Shown piece after piece: positions 11,081-21,214 of a stretch of 32,000 nucleotides of DNA. Position 1 is the first letter of the stretch. Each line of letters starts with the position of its first letter. The position numbers and the translations under genes are program-made. A model generated the notes under the pieces. That model made no database searches, was not told the DNA's origin, and worked only from the letters and a program-made list of their open reading frames with translations. The stretch is from Opitutales bacterium (GTDB lineage Bacteria; Verrucomicrobiota; Verrucomicrobiia; Opitutales; Coraliomargaritaceae): assembly GCA_049606355.1 (NCBI GenBank), contig JBMYVL010000003.1, positions 60,001 through 92,000 on the forward strand, in the 5' to 3' direction.

Positions 11081-12349
11081 ATGGTCGAGCGGGCGATGCT
11101 GATCGGCATCACCCTACCCGGCGAATCCGAATCAACGACTCGAAGTCTGCTGGATGAACTGCGCGAACTCGTGACGACGCTGCAGATTGGGATTTGCCAC
11201 GAGCAAATGCTCAGTATTCGCAAACCGCAGGCCAAATATTTGGTCGGCTCCGGTAAAACAGCTGAACTGATAGATGAAGCCCGCGCCCATAATTGCGATG
11301 TCATCATCTTCGACAATGAACTCACGCCCGCTCAGCAACGGAATTGGGAACAAGCTGCCAAAGATAAAATCCTGGTGATCGATCGCCAAGAGGTGATCCT
11401 CGATATTTTTGGTACACGTGCGCAAACGAAAGAAGCGGTACTACAAGTAGAACTGGCTCGCTTGGAATACAATTTGCCGCGCCTAAAAAGTGCGTGGACA
11501 CACCTCAGTCGTCAACGCGGTGGCGGCGCCGTACAACGTGACGCCGGTGAAACTCAGTTGGAAATGGACCAACGAATGGTGCGCACTCAGATCGCCCGCG
11601 TGAAGCGTGAGCTCGGCACGGTCATTCAGCATCGACATTTACAGCGAAAGAAGCGGATGACCGTACCGGTGCCCACCTGTGCAATCGTCGGGTATACCAA
11701 TGCAGGTAAGTCATCACTCTTAAACACGCTCACTAATTCTGCGATCCTTGCCGAAGACAAGCTGTTCGCGACCTTGGACCCAACCTCGCGCCGGTGTCCA
11801 CTGCCCAGTGGGCAACCTCTGGTAATTACCGATACAGTAGGATTTGTGCGCAACCTCCCTCATCGATTGGTAGATGCATTCAAAGCAACGCTAGAAGAAG
11901 CAGTCGTCTCTAACTTCCTGATTCACGTCCTTGACGTGAATAGCCCGGAAATCGATGCCCACGCCAAAACGACACTGGAGGTTTTACGCGAACTCGGAGC
12001 CGATACGAAACAAATCATTACTGTTTTCAATAAAGTGGATGCACTGTGGGACCCTGAAACGCGCACCGACTTACAACTGCGCTACCCAGATGCGCTCTTT
12101 ATCAGTGCTCACTCAGGAGAAGGTGTTGACGCACTGCTGCAACGCATCGAATCCATCATCGAAGCTGAATTCACCCAGCTGCGCTTACTAATTCCCCACG
12201 ACCGCTATGACTTGGTGGCAAAGCTGCACCGTGAAGGCGGCATTCGCAAGGAGGAGACGCGCGATGAGGGCACATTTCTAGTCGGTTCGATCCCCGAGCG
12301 CTTACTCAAAACACTCACGCCTTACATCCTCAAGGACACCGCACCTTAA
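11081..12349 (+). CDS. hflX: Ribosome-associated GTPase HflX
   Basis: HflX N-domain (LVGSGKTAEL, VIFDNELTPAQQRNWE, LEYNLPRL). GTPase motifs are G1 GYTNAGKSSL, G3 DTVGF and G4 NKVD. ATG 11081 is preceded by AAGGA about 11 nt upstream. Confidence 0.85.
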   Translation: MVERAMLIGITLPGESESTTRSLLDELRELVTTLQIGICHEQMLSIRKPQAKYLVGSGKTAELIDEARAHNCDVIIFDNELTPAQQRNWEQAAKDKILVIDRQEVILDIFGTRAQTKEAVLQVELARLEYNLPRLKSAWTHLSRQRGGGAVQRDAGETQLEMDQRMVRTQIARVKRELGTVIQHRHLQRKKRMTVPVPTCAIVGYTNAGKSSLLNTLTNSAILAEDKLFATLDPTSRRCPLPSGQPLVITDTVGFVRNLPHRLVDAFKATLEEAVVSNFLIHVLDVNSPEIDAHAKTTLEVLRELGADTKQIITVFNKVDALWDPETRTDLQLRYPDALFISAHSGEGVDALLQRIESIIEAEFTQLRLLIPHDRYDLVAKLHREGGIRKEETRDEGTFLVGSIPERLLKTLTPYILKDTAP

Positions 12350-12477
12350 TCGGTGACTATTTGTGGTAAAAATTGATACGGCGTTTGCCAATCATTCTGG
12401 GATCGATTTAAATCCTAACTGGTTTGTAACAACAAGAGCGTAGCGCTGAAGCATCCAATGAGTTCAATTGTGAGTCT

Positions 12478-13047
12478 ATGGCTATGAAAACATCGGAACA
12501 CCGAGATCCCACCCATCACTTAATTGCCGCACTTTGGGCTCTCATTTTTGCTAAATGCTTCTTCTTTGAATATCTGATAGCTTACTATCAAATCCCGATC
12601 AACTCGGCGCTCTATATTTGGTCCCTGACTCTACTGATGGCAACTGTGGCCACGGTCGTATATTTCAAAATAAACGCAGCACATGCTTGGCAGCGTGCCC
12701 GCAAAGCTCTCGGCACGGTTTGGTGCCTCTGTGGAAGTGCCATCGGGCTGCTCATCGCTTGCGCCTTCTTGTTTGATTTGCTCTCGCTACAGGAACTCCC
12801 TACTTGGATCGGAGCGGTACTAGCCATTGGCTACAGCATACAATTCATGCGTGTGAGGCGTTGGCATTTAGTTTTCAGTGCAACTGGCTGGTATCTAGGT
12901 GCTGGACTCATGCAGAGCGCTACGATTCCCCTACCACTCTTGTTATTCGCTATTTGCCTAGTTAGCTTTACTGCTGCACCCTTGTTACTCCTCTATCGTG
13001 AATACAAGAGTGCGATTCGTCGTGCAATGAATGCGTTAACGCCGTAA
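12478..13047 (+). CDS. Hypothetical integral membrane protein (about 6 TM helices)
   Basis: 189 aa with six hydrophobic segments of about 20 aa. I recognise no family motif. It ends 10 nt before the UDG-like gene. Confidence 0.5.
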   Translation: MAMKTSEHRDPTHHLIAALWALIFAKCFFFEYLIAYYQIPINSALYIWSLTLLMATVATVVYFKINAAHAWQRARKALGTVWCLCGSAIGLLIACAFLFDLLSLQELPTWIGAVLAIGYSIQFMRVRRWHLVFSATGWYLGAGLMQSATIPLPLLLFAICLVSFTAAPLLLLYREYKSAIRRAMNALTP

Positions 13048-13057
13048 ACAACTAAAA

Positions 13058-14002
13058 GTGACTCGACCCATTGGCGAGAGCGTCCAAGATAGCACTATGG
13101 TGGTCGATTTGGATGCAGTCTACGAGGAACTCTTACGCTTAAAAAGCGAAGGCATGAATCGGGTCTTTATCAATGATACGACCCTTGAGTTACTCAAAAA
13201 AGCTCAACTCGACAATCGCGAAAAGTCAGGGACTACACCAGCTCCAGTCGAGGTGATTGATGATTTAAAGGTACTTGCAGCGACCCAGCCAACAGCGAGC
13301 AGCAATACCATTACTGCTCGCAAAACTGCCGAGAGGCAACTGCCCTCACCACCCTCAATTGCTCTTCCCGAAGCGGATCCACAAACGCAGATGGATTGGC
13401 TGCAGCAGCAAGTCGAAACCTGCTCGACCTGCTTGGAACAGCGTGGTGCGGAGGGTCATATCGTCTTCGGAACCGGCTCCATCGATGCAGATCTGCTTTT
13501 TTGCGGTGAGGCGCCAAACGAAGCAGATGCAGCAAACGGTCAACCGTTTGTCGGAGCTGCGGGAGAGTTACTGAATAAGATCATCCAAGCTATGGGAGTG
13601 CGCAATGAATCTGTCTACAAGACACATTTACTCAAATGGCGTCCAGCACACGACAAACCCTACGGGAATCGACCTCCAAACGAGGCGGAAATGAATTTTT
13701 GCCGACCCTACCTGCAAGCACAAATCGCTATCGTAAAACCTAAAGTGATCGTTGCCCTCGGGAAATTCGCGATCGCTGGATTATTGGGAAGAGAACCTGC
13801 GTCAGTTGCTATGAACGAAGTCCGCGGCCGGTGGGAAAAAGTGGCCGGCATTCCAACCATGCCCACCTACAACCCGTCTTACCTTTTGCACAACAACACC
13901 TTACAAACAAAGCGAAAGCTCTGGGAGGATATGCTTGAGGTCATGCAAAAGCTGGAAATCGAAGTGAGTCCGCAGCAGAAGGGATATTTTTTACCTAAAT
14001 AA
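13058..14002 (+). CDS. Uracil-DNA glycosylase superfamily protein, family-4-like, with about 110-aa N-terminal extension
   Basis: The C-terminal 200 aa carry family-4-type landmarks: CSTC, LLFCGEAPNEADAANGQPFVGAAGELL (motif A region), WRP...NRPPNEAEMNFCRPYL, and PKVIVALG. Motif B reads PTYNPSYLL, with Asn where His is usual. GTG start at 13058. Confidence 0.7.
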   Translation: MTRPIGESVQDSTMVVDLDAVYEELLRLKSEGMNRVFINDTTLELLKKAQLDNREKSGTTPAPVEVIDDLKVLAATQPTASSNTITARKTAERQLPSPPSIALPEADPQTQMDWLQQQVETCSTCLEQRGAEGHIVFGTGSIDADLLFCGEAPNEADAANGQPFVGAAGELLNKIIQAMGVRNESVYKTHLLKWRPAHDKPYGNRPPNEAEMNFCRPYLQAQIAIVKPKVIVALGKFAIAGLLGREPASVAMNEVRGRWEKVAGIPTMPTYNPSYLLHNNTLQTKRKLWEDMLEVMQKLEIEVSPQQKGYFLPK

Positions 14003-14023
14003 AAAAGCCGCACCGTGTGCGGC
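14001..14023. terminator. Shared intrinsic terminator between the convergent UDG-like gene and clpC, strongest on the minus strand
   Basis: GCCGCAC-cgt-GTGCGGC hairpin (14007-14023). On the minus strand it is followed directly by TTTTTTATTT. It lies 33 nt downstream of the clpC stop and 5 nt after the UDG stop. Confidence 0.7.
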
Positions 14024-14056
14024 TCTCGATAAGGCAAACTCAATAACCGTTCGTTC

Positions 14057-16540
14057 CTAGGAAGACACGGCGTGCGTCTGCGTAAAGCTGAGCGCCTGAC
14101 CATCCTCTTGCAGATCCACTTGGATGGATTCCCCTGACTTGATCGAGCCAGCTAAGATCGCCTCAGCCAGTGAATCTTCCAAATACTTTTCGACTGCACG
14201 ACGCAACGGTCGAGCACCGTACTTCTCATCGTAACCCTTCTCGATCAAGAACTCCTTCGCAGCATCGGCAAATTCGAAACTAAGACCACGCTCCTTGAGC
14301 CGTTCGGAAACATTGCGTAACTCCAAATCGACAATCGAATGCATATCCTCACGTCCGAGTGACTTAAAGATCACCAAATCATTCAAGCGGTTGAGGAACT
14401 CTGGCTTAAACACGCGTTTTGTCTCATCAAGTATCTTCTCACGAATCTTTTCGTACTCGTTGTCGGCAGATTCCTCTACCCCGAAGCCCATCGACGTATT
14501 TCGCTGCAAAATATCGGCACCGACATTTGAGGTCATGATTAGTATCGTATTACGGAAATCAATTTTACGACCTAAGCTATCCGTCAAACGGCCCTCCTCC
14601 AATACCTGTAGCAACAATTGGACAACATCCGGATGCGCTTTTTCAATCTCATCAAAAAGTACCACTGAGTAAGGCTTACGGCGAACCGCTTCAGTCAACT
14701 GCCCACCTTCTTCGTAACCGACATAGCCCGGGGGTGAACCGACCAAGCGCGAAACAGCAAACTTTTCCATGTACTCAGACATATCGATCTGAATAATTGC
14801 ATCCTTATCCCCAAACATCTGTTCCGCAAGCACCTTGGCCAGCAAGGTCTTACCCACTCCGGTTGGCCCCAGAAACATGAACGAACCAATGGGTCGTTTC
14901 GGATCCTTTAAGTCGGCCCGTGAGCGCCGCAAGGCTTTCGAAATCACTTCCGTCGCACGATTCTGACCAATTACCTCGTGCTGTAGTTCTCCTTCCAGCT
15001 TGAGTAATTTTTGGCTTTCCGCTTCTTCCATGCGCGACAAGGGAATTCCAGTCCAGGCAGCCACGACCTGTAACATTTCCTCTTCGTCGACTACAATCTT
15101 CGTCTCTTCTCGAGATTTCTTCCAGGCCTCAATCGTGTCTGCCTGTTGCTGACGAAGGCGCTTCTCTTCATCACGAAATTTAGCTGCCTCCTCGAAATGT
15201 TGCTTGGCAATTGCATCCTCTTTACTCGCACACACGTCTTCGATGACACCCGTCATCTCTTCAATTTCAGGCGGCCGTTTGAGCGATTCAATCCGTGCAC
15301 GTGCACCCGCTTCATCCAAAATATCAATTGCTTTGTCTGGAAGGAAACGCGTAGTGATGTACCGTTCCGAAAGTTTGGTAGCGGCCTCCAGAGCAGCATC
15401 AGTAAACGCCACTTTGTGGTGCTCTTCGTACTTTCCGCGGATGCCTTTCAAGATAAGTATGGTATCATCCACGGAGGGTGCCTCCACCTTGACGGATTGG
15501 AAGCGGCGATCCAACGCACTATCTTTCTCAATGTACTTACGATATTCGGCCAGCGTAGTGGCGCCGATGCACTGCAACTCTCCACGACTGAGCGCTGGTT
15601 TGAAGATATTGGAAGCATCCATCGCGCCTTCGGCAGCACCGGCTCCCACAATGGTATGCAGCTCATCAATGAAAATGATGACATTTTTGGCGCGACGGAT
15701 TTCATCCATCACCGCTTTAATGCGCTCTTCGAACTGTCCGCGATATTTGGTGCCAGCCACCATCAAAGCCAAGTCGAGCGTAATCACGCGCTTCTCCAGC
15801 AAAATCTCTGGCACCGCACCACTGGCGATCTCTTGGGCCAAGCCCTCAACAATCGCTGTTTTACCTACGCCGGCTTCACCGATCAGCACCGGATTGTTCT
15901 TCGTGCGGCGGCACAAGATCTGAATGACCCGACGGATTTCATCTTTTCGACCCACCACGGGATCCATCTCACCGTTCGTAGCCAATTCAGTTAAATCACG
16001 CCCAAATGCCTTCAGCGCAGGCGTTTTGGATTCTTTTTTGTCATCCGAAGAACCACTCGCTGCACCCGCGGAAGCTTCCTCAGGTTCACCAGAAAAATTG
16101 GGATCGAGCTCGGCAAGGATCTCATTGCGGCAACGCTCAATATCGACATCCAACGACTTCAATACTCGTGCCGCGACGCCCTCACCCTCACGCAATAATC
16201 CGAGTAAGATGTGTTCTGTGCCGACATAGGAGTGATTCAATGCCTTCGCTTCCTTACCTGCCAAAGCAAGGACTTTTTTAACACGAGGCGTGTAGGGTAT
16301 ATTACCCGAAGGCTTACTTTCAGGGCCGGTCCCGACTTGCTTTTCAACGGCGCTCCGCACCGTCTGTAAATCTAGGCCCATTTTTTGTAAAACATTCACA
16401 GCAACGCCCTGCCCGAGGTTGATCAACCCGAGCAAGAGGTGCTCCGTGCCGACATAATTATGATGAAACCGGTCGGCCTCCTTACGAGCGAGCGCGAGAA
16501 CTTGTTGGGCACGGGGTGTAAAATTATTCATCGGTTCCAT
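14057..16540 (-). CDS. clpC: ATP-dependent Clp protease ATP-binding subunit ClpC (class III stress AAA+ unfoldase)
   Basis: 827 aa with two Clp_N repeats, each carrying VGTEH(L/I)LLGL. There are two AAA+ modules (GEAGVGKTA and GPTGVGKT Walker A) and a UVR-like middle motif [14 protein letters not shown] between them. Confidence 0.9.
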   Translation of the reverse strand: MEPMNNFTPRAQQVLALARKEADRFHHNYVGTEHLLLGLINLGQGVAVNVLQKMGLDLQTVRSAVEKQVGTGPESKPSGNIPYTPRVKKVLALAGKEAKALNHSYVGTEHILLGLLREGEGVAARVLKSLDVDIERCRNEILAELDPNFSGEPEEASAGAASGSSDDKKESKTPALKAFGRDLTELATNGEMDPVVGRKDEIRRVIQILCRRTKNNPVLIGEAGVGKTAIVEGLAQEIASGAVPEILLEKRVITLDLALMVAGTKYRGQFEERIKAVMDEIRRAKNVIIFIDELHTIVGAGAAEGAMDASNIFKPALSRGELQCIGATTLAEYRKYIEKDSALDRRFQSVKVEAPSVDDTILILKGIRGKYEEHHKVAFTDAALEAATKLSERYITTRFLPDKAIDILDEAGARARIESLKRPPEIEEMTGVIEDVCASKEDAIAKQHFEEAAKFRDEEKRLRQQQADTIEAWKKSREETKIVVDEEEMLQVVAAWTGIPLSRMEEAESQKLLKLEGELQHEVIGQNRATEVISKALRRSRADLKDPKRPIGSFMFLGPTGVGKTLLAKVLAEQMFGDKDAIIQIDMSEYMEKFAVSRLVGSPPGYVGYEEGGQLTEAVRRKPYSVVLFDEIEKAHPDVVQLLLQVLEEGRLTDSLGRKIDFRNTILIMTSNVGADILQRNTSMGFGVEESADNEYEKIREKILDETKRVFKPEFLNRLNDLVIFKSLGREDMHSIVDLELRNVSERLKERGLSFEFADAAKEFLIEKGYDEKYGARPLRRAVEKYLEDSLAEAILAGSIKSGESIQVDLQEDGQALSFTQTHAVSS

Positions 16541-16559
16541 AGTGTTAGATTACCAAGTG

Positions 16560-17648
16560 TTATGTTAATTCGTTCACCTTGTCAAAATCGAGGGGCGGAA
16601 GTTGGCTGAATTCGTCGCGTAATTTGCGGGCACGCGCGACATCGCGATCCTCGGGAGCAATGCCCGCCTGAGCAACATACTGCACATGCCCGGGTTGGCA
16701 CTCGATAAATAAACGGTCGATCACCGCGCGGTTTGTCTCCGGTAGCATCGAAAAGTCCACCGCCAGGCGCATCAGCGAGAGCAGGTTCATCGCCTCATTC
16801 GACGATAGCACGTGCGCATTACACAACACACCAAACCCGCGACCGATCTGATCCAATAACTTCTCGCGATTTTCTTCGAGGCACTTGAACCGAGCATTTA
16901 GCTCGTGATCGATAATCGTCTTTAACACGTTGCCCAAACGCTCCAGTATCTCCGCTTCACTCTCCCCTAGGGTCTGCTGGTTGGAAATCTGAAAAACATG
17001 CCCGGTCGCATCGGATCCCTCCCCAAACAAACCACGAACGGCAATCCCGAGTTGATTGACCGCTCGGATCACTCGCTCCATGTGCTCGGCAATCACCAAA
17101 CCAGGCAAGTGCATCATAACCGAGGCTCGCAGCCCAGTACCCACATTTGTAGGGCAAGCGGTCAGGTAGCCAAGGGTACTATCATAAGCAAGATTGAGCA
17201 ACCCTTCCAGCTGGCTATCAAAGGCATCGATTTGCTTCCAAATCGATTTTAAATTAAAGCCTGATTTTAAAAATTGGATGCGCAAATGGTCCTCCTCGTT
17301 GACCATCACGGCACAAGTTTGCTCTTTGTTGATAAAGACGCCCGCGCCCTGCTGGCTCTCACAAAGTTCCCGGCTAATAAGGTGACGCTCCAGCAAGACC
17401 TGCTTTTCGAGATCGGATAAGGCACTGATATCAAAAAAAGCGCCCTTGCGCAATGGAGCCAGATTGTGGAGTTCAGCCGCACACTGCTTCACCACCGCAC
17501 TGCGCTGTGACGAATTGGCACGTTCTGGGAAAGGTGTGTCAATCAGATTGCGGGCTAAGCGAATACGCGTACTCAGTACCACCGGCACTGCCTTTTTAGT
17601 GCTGTGCGTGAGCTCCGCGCGATTATTCGTTATGAGCGATTCAATCAT
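16560..17648 (-). CDS. mcsB: Protein arginine kinase McsB (ATP:guanido phosphotransferase family)
   Basis: Motifs are LSTRIRLARN, the phosphagen-kinase motif VMVNEEDHLRIQ, and TACPTNVGTGLRASVM. I chose ATG 17648 (MIESLITNN...), which overlaps the mcsA stop as ATGA. This places STRIRLARN at the position I recall for Bacillus McsB. Confidence 0.85.
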   Translation of the reverse strand: MIESLITNNRAELTHSTKKAVPVVLSTRIRLARNLIDTPFPERANSSQRSAVVKQCAAELHNLAPLRKGAFFDISALSDLEKQVLLERHLISRELCESQQGAGVFINKEQTCAVMVNEEDHLRIQFLKSGFNLKSIWKQIDAFDSQLEGLLNLAYDSTLGYLTACPTNVGTGLRASVMMHLPGLVIAEHMERVIRAVNQLGIAVRGLFGEGSDATGHVFQISNQQTLGESEAEILERLGNVLKTIIDHELNARFKCLEENREKLLDQIGRGFGVLCNAHVLSSNEAMNLLSLMRLAVDFSMLPETNRAVIDRLFIECQPGHVQYVAQAGIAPEDRDVARARKLRDEFSQLPPLDFDKVNELT

Positions 17649-18160
17649 GAGCTGCCGAGTTCTGCTGCCTCGCATTGTGCCGCTTCAAGCGCCTTGATCT
17701 GATCACGGTAGCGAGCAGCCTCCTCATAGGCTTCCGCTGCTACCGCGCGTGCCAATGCCGCATTTAAATCCTGTAACTCTTGCTGACTCGAAAGCCGTTT
17801 CGATGCTAATTTTGGAACCTTGCCAGTGTGTCGCTCACCGGCGTGCATATCTTCTAAAACTGGCTTCACGAGTGACGAAAAGCATGTATAGCAGTGCGCG
17901 CATCCCAGTCGACCGGTACGGCGAAAGTCTGCCGTTTCGTAACCACACTCCGGACACACAATTTGCTTATCCCCACGCTCGGGGCTCAGCGCGGTGTGTG
18001 AAAGTAGATCGGCCAGCGAGAACCCCTCTGGGTCGGTAACCCCTTTCTTTTGAGCACAAGTCTCACACAGGTCCACTTTGTGGATCTTATTGTTCACAAT
18101 CTGGGTCAGGTGAACAGTCGCCTCGCTGTCACAGAGGCTACACTTCAAATTATCGGCCAT
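17645..18160 (-). CDS. mcsA: McsA-like activator of McsB (zinc-finger plus UVR motif protein)
   Basis: 171 aa with four CxxC pairs (CSLC, CETC, CPEC, CAHC). The C-terminal UvrB/C-like helix is AAEAYEEAARYRDQIKALE. It sits immediately upstream of, and is translationally coupled to, mcsB. Confidence 0.75.
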   Translation of the reverse strand: MADNLKCSLCDSEATVHLTQIVNNKIHKVDLCETCAQKKGVTDPEGFSLADLLSHTALSPERGDKQIVCPECGYETADFRRTGRLGCAHCYTCFSSLVKPVLEDMHAGERHTGKVPKLASKRLSSQQELQDLNAALARAVAAEAYEEAARYRDQIKALEAAQCEAAELGSS

Positions 18161-18243
18161 GTCTATAGATTAGGTGAATGCCCAAGGATCGCAAAGCGAA
18201 AGTACAAAATCGAGACAATCCGACCCATTTGCGCACTGAGTTT

Positions 18244-18260
18244 ATGTGTTTTTTACACAT
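18244..18260. promoter_or_regulatory. Inverted repeat ATGTGT-N5-ACACAT between ilvE and mcsA
   Basis: Perfect 6-bp arms, 84-100 nt upstream of the mcsA ATG and 63 nt past the ilvE stop. No U-tract follows it on the minus strand, so it is more likely an operator or weak terminator. Confidence 0.25.
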
Positions 18261-18322
18261 AATTGCAGATTCAATGCCAACTCTTAGCCTGTCACGGCAA
18301 TCTTCGCGGCTAGCCCCATCAC

Positions 18323-19189
18323 TTATAAGTGGGTGCCGTCTTTGGAAACCAGCTTACGGAAACATTCCAAGAACTTCGCCGTAATCGGCCCAGGCTGCCC
18401 CTTACCGATCGGTCGAGCGTCCACTTCAACGATCGGTATGATCTCCGCAGCCGTGCCGGTTAGAAAAAGTTCATCGGCGACCCATACATCATAACGAGTC
18501 AAATTCGCTTCCCGCCATGGAATACCCAACTCGTCAGCAATGGCCAGCGCAGTATCGCGAGTGATTCCTTTAAGCGCTCCGGCACTGGCAGCCGGTGTAA
18601 TCAGCTCACCCTTATGAATTACAAAAATATTGTCGCCGGTACATTCGGCGACATAGCCTTGATCATTCAACATTATGGCCTCGTGGTAGCCCAAGTGCTG
18701 CGCTTCAATTTTCGCCAGAATGTTATTCAGATAGTTGAGCGATTTTACCGCAGGGGGAAGCGCTGCCGGGTTACAACGACGCGTGGGTACGGTAATGATT
18801 TTCAGCCCATTCTCATAATACTCCTGTGGATATAGCTGAATCGTGTCGGCTATGATGATCAATTGCGGTTGGTCGCAATTCTTGATCGAAAGCCCTAGGC
18901 TACCGACGCCGCGTGTTATCACTAGGCGGATGTAACCATTTTGCAAACCGTTCGCCCGACAGGTCTCGCAGACGGCATCCGCAATTTCCTGACGACTCCA
19001 TGGCAGTTTCAGCATGATCGCCTTGGCCGAATACTCCAGGCGCTCGAGGTGCGCATCCAATTTAAAGACACAGCCATCGTAAAGACGAATCCCCTCAAAG
19101 ATACCATCACCATAGAGTAAGCCATGGTCAAAGACAGATACCTTCGCGGCATCGGCATCGACGAGCTGGTCATTCAAATAAATTTTCAT
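18323..19189 (-). CDS. ilvE: Branched-chain amino acid aminotransferase (fold-type IV PLP enzyme)
   Basis: 288 aa. The N-terminus is VSVFDHGLLYGDGIFEGIRLYDG...HLERLEYSAKAI, followed by ...YIRLVITRG... and ...FLTGTAAEIIPIVEVD, the pattern of short bacterial BCATs. A D-amino-acid aminotransferase cannot be fully excluded by eye. Confidence 0.75.
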   Translation of the reverse strand: MKIYLNDQLVDADAAKVSVFDHGLLYGDGIFEGIRLYDGCVFKLDAHLERLEYSAKAIMLKLPWSRQEIADAVCETCRANGLQNGYIRLVITRGVGSLGLSIKNCDQPQLIIIADTIQLYPQEYYENGLKIITVPTRRCNPAALPPAVKSLNYLNNILAKIEAQHLGYHEAIMLNDQGYVAECTGDNIFVIHKGELITPAASAGALKGITRDTALAIADELGIPWREANLTRYDVWVADELFLTGTAAEIIPIVEVDARPIGKGQPGPITAKFLECFRKLVSKDGTHL

Positions 19190-19246
19190 ATAGATTGGGA
19201 AGTTTGCTTATTGGCACACATCAAATGCCTTATGAGACAGTCTGAT

Positions 19247-21214
19247 TTAGTTACTCTGCTCAAATTGTAATTGCAAGTTTTCGACGATTCCGGGGTCTGC
19301 CAAAGTACTGGTGTTGCCCAATTCGCGGCCTTCAGCAATATCCCGCAGAAGGCGTCGCATAATTTTTCCGGAACGGGTCTTCGGTAAATCGACGGAGAAT
19401 ACGATACGCTCGGGGCGTGCGAACTTGCCGATACTTTTGTCGATCATAGCAATCAGTTCGTTGCGCAAATGGTCATCATGATCGCGCCCCTCAATCACGG
19501 TAACAAAAGCAATGAGGCCCTGCCCTTTAATTTCATGTGGAATCCCAACGACCGCCGATTCAGCGACATCGGCATGCTCAACAAAGACACTTTCCAATTC
19601 AGCCGTGCCGATACGGTGCCCGGAGACGTTGACCACGTCATCCACGCGCCCCAAAATCCAGATGTAACCGTCGTCATCTCGACGAGCGCCATCGCCCGGG
19701 AAATAATACTCGCCACCCCACTTGCACCAGTAAGTACTTTTGTAGCGCTCGGGATCACCGTAAATACCGCGCATCATGCCAGGCCACGGTTTTTTAATCG
19801 CTAAAATACCCGCTTCAACGGACTCACCGGCATCGTTTAAGATAGCCGCATCGACACCAAAGAACGGTAATGTCGCGCACCCCGGCTTGGTGGGCGTAGC
19901 GCCGGGCAGTGGAGTCAACATGTGCCCACCGGTCTCAGTCTGCCACCAGGTATCGACAATCGGGCAGCGTCCCGCGCCGATTACGTTATGGTACCACATC
20001 CATGCCTCCGGATTAATCGGCTCACCCACCGTACCCAAGAGACGCAAGGATGACAGGTCTTTATGGGTGACCCACTGATCCCCCCACTTCATGAATGCAC
20101 GAATTGCGGTCGGCGCCGTATAAAAAATAGACACCTTGTACTTTTCGATAATCTCCCAAAAGCGCCCTTCATCCGGAAAGTTCGGTGCGCCTTCGTACAT
20201 GACTTGGCTAACGCAGTTCTGCAAAATGCCGTAAACGATGTAAGTGTGTCCCGTAATCCATCCCACGTCAGCAGTACACCAATAAACGTCGTCAGGTTTT
20301 AGATCGAAGGTGTATTTGGAAGTTAAATAACTGAATACCTGATAGCCAGCCGTGGTATGCATGATACCCTTTGGCTTGCCCGTCGTGCCGCTGGTATAGA
20401 GCAAGAAAAGCAGATCCTCCGCATCCATGGGTTCGGCGGGACAGGTGTCGCTCACGTCCGCAGCAACATGCTCATAAAATACATCGCGCCCCTCCTGCAT
20501 CGGGCAGTCGATCGGTTGATGGCCGCCGCGCTTCACCACGAGCACATCACTGACGCAGGCACAGTCAGCGACACCTGCATCGACGATTTTCTTCAACTCA
20601 AGAATCTTCCCCCGACGAAAGCCCCCATCCGCAGTAATCACCATTCGAGTTTGACTATCTAACACTCGATCACGAATCGAATCGGCCGAGAATCCTGCAA
20701 AAATGACCGAATGGACCGCTCCGATACGTGCACAAGCTAACACGGCAATCACCAACTCTGGAACCATCGGTAAATAAATGGCAATCCGGTCCCCTTTCTG
20801 CACCCCAAGCTTCTGAAGTACATTCGCAAAGCGGCATACTTCCGTCAGTAACTCCGCATAAGAAAGCACTCGTGCATCACCCGGCTCACCCTCCCAATAT
20901 ATAGCGGTTTTGTCTCCGCGGCCTTCGGCTACATGCCGATCCAGGCAATTGTACGATAAATTTGTGCGCGCACCATCAAACCACTTATAGAAGGGCTTCT
21001 CACTATCATCCAACACGCTGTCCCAGCGTTTGAACCAGTGCAGTTCATCGGCCGCTTCCGCCCAGAAGGCTTGCGGATCCGCGAGACTGCGCTCATAGCT
21101 TTCACGATAAGCTGCCATGCTGCCAATGTGTGCGTTCGCAGCAAAGGCATCGATGGGGGAGAATTTACGATTTTCGTGAGAGACCGATTCGAAGGCAGTG
21201 GAGCTGGTAGACAT
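19247..21214 (-). CDS. acs: Acetyl-CoA synthetase (acetate-CoA ligase, AMP-forming)
   Basis: AMP-binding motif LYTSGTTGKPKG, Acs-specific DTWWQTETGG, and C-terminal LPKTRSGKIMRR. I chose ATG 21214 (MSTSSTAFE..., 655 aa). The 65-codon upstream extension in the track has no Acs counterpart. Confidence 0.9.
   Translation of the reverse strand: MSTSSTAFESVSHENRKFSPIDAFAANAHIGSMAAYRESYERSLADPQAFWAEAADELHWFKRWDSVLDDSEKPFYKWFDGARTNLSYNCLDRHVAEGRGDKTAIYWEGEPGDARVLSYAELLTEVCRFANVLQKLGVQKGDRIAIYLPMVPELVIAVLACARIGAVHSVIFAGFSADSIRDRVLDSQTRMVITADGGFRRGKILELKKIVDAGVADCACVSDVLVVKRGGHQPIDCPMQEGRDVFYEHVAADVSDTCPAEPMDAEDLLFLLYTSGTTGKPKGIMHTTAGYQVFSYLTSKYTFDLKPDDVYWCTADVGWITGHTYIVYGILQNCVSQVMYEGAPNFPDEGRFWEIIEKYKVSIFYTAPTAIRAFMKWGDQWVTHKDLSSLRLLGTVGEPINPEAWMWYHNVIGAGRCPIVDTWWQTETGGHMLTPLPGATPTKPGCATLPFFGVDAAILNDAGESVEAGILAIKKPWPGMMRGIYGDPERYKSTYWCKWGGEYYFPGDGARRDDDGYIWILGRVDDVVNVSGHRIGTAELESVFVEHADVAESAVVGIPHEIKGQGLIAFVTVIEGRDHDDHLRNELIAMIDKSIGKFARPERIVFSVDLPKTRSGKIMRRLLRDIAEGRELGNTSTLADPGIVENLQLQFEQSN

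Noticed and set aside
15146-15994. Two long plus-strand ORFs (282 aa and 239 aa) antisense to clpC
   Set aside because: They lie entirely within the strongly supported clpC CDS. Their composition is low-complexity and unprotein-like (Ser/Arg/Phe-rich) with no motifs. Long shadow ORFs opposite AAA+ chaperone genes are a common codon-bias artefact.
18161-18322. Search for a CtsR box (GGTCAAA direct repeat) or CIRCE element upstream of mcsA
   Set aside because: Neither motif, nor its complement, occurs in this region. The absence is recorded under findings instead.
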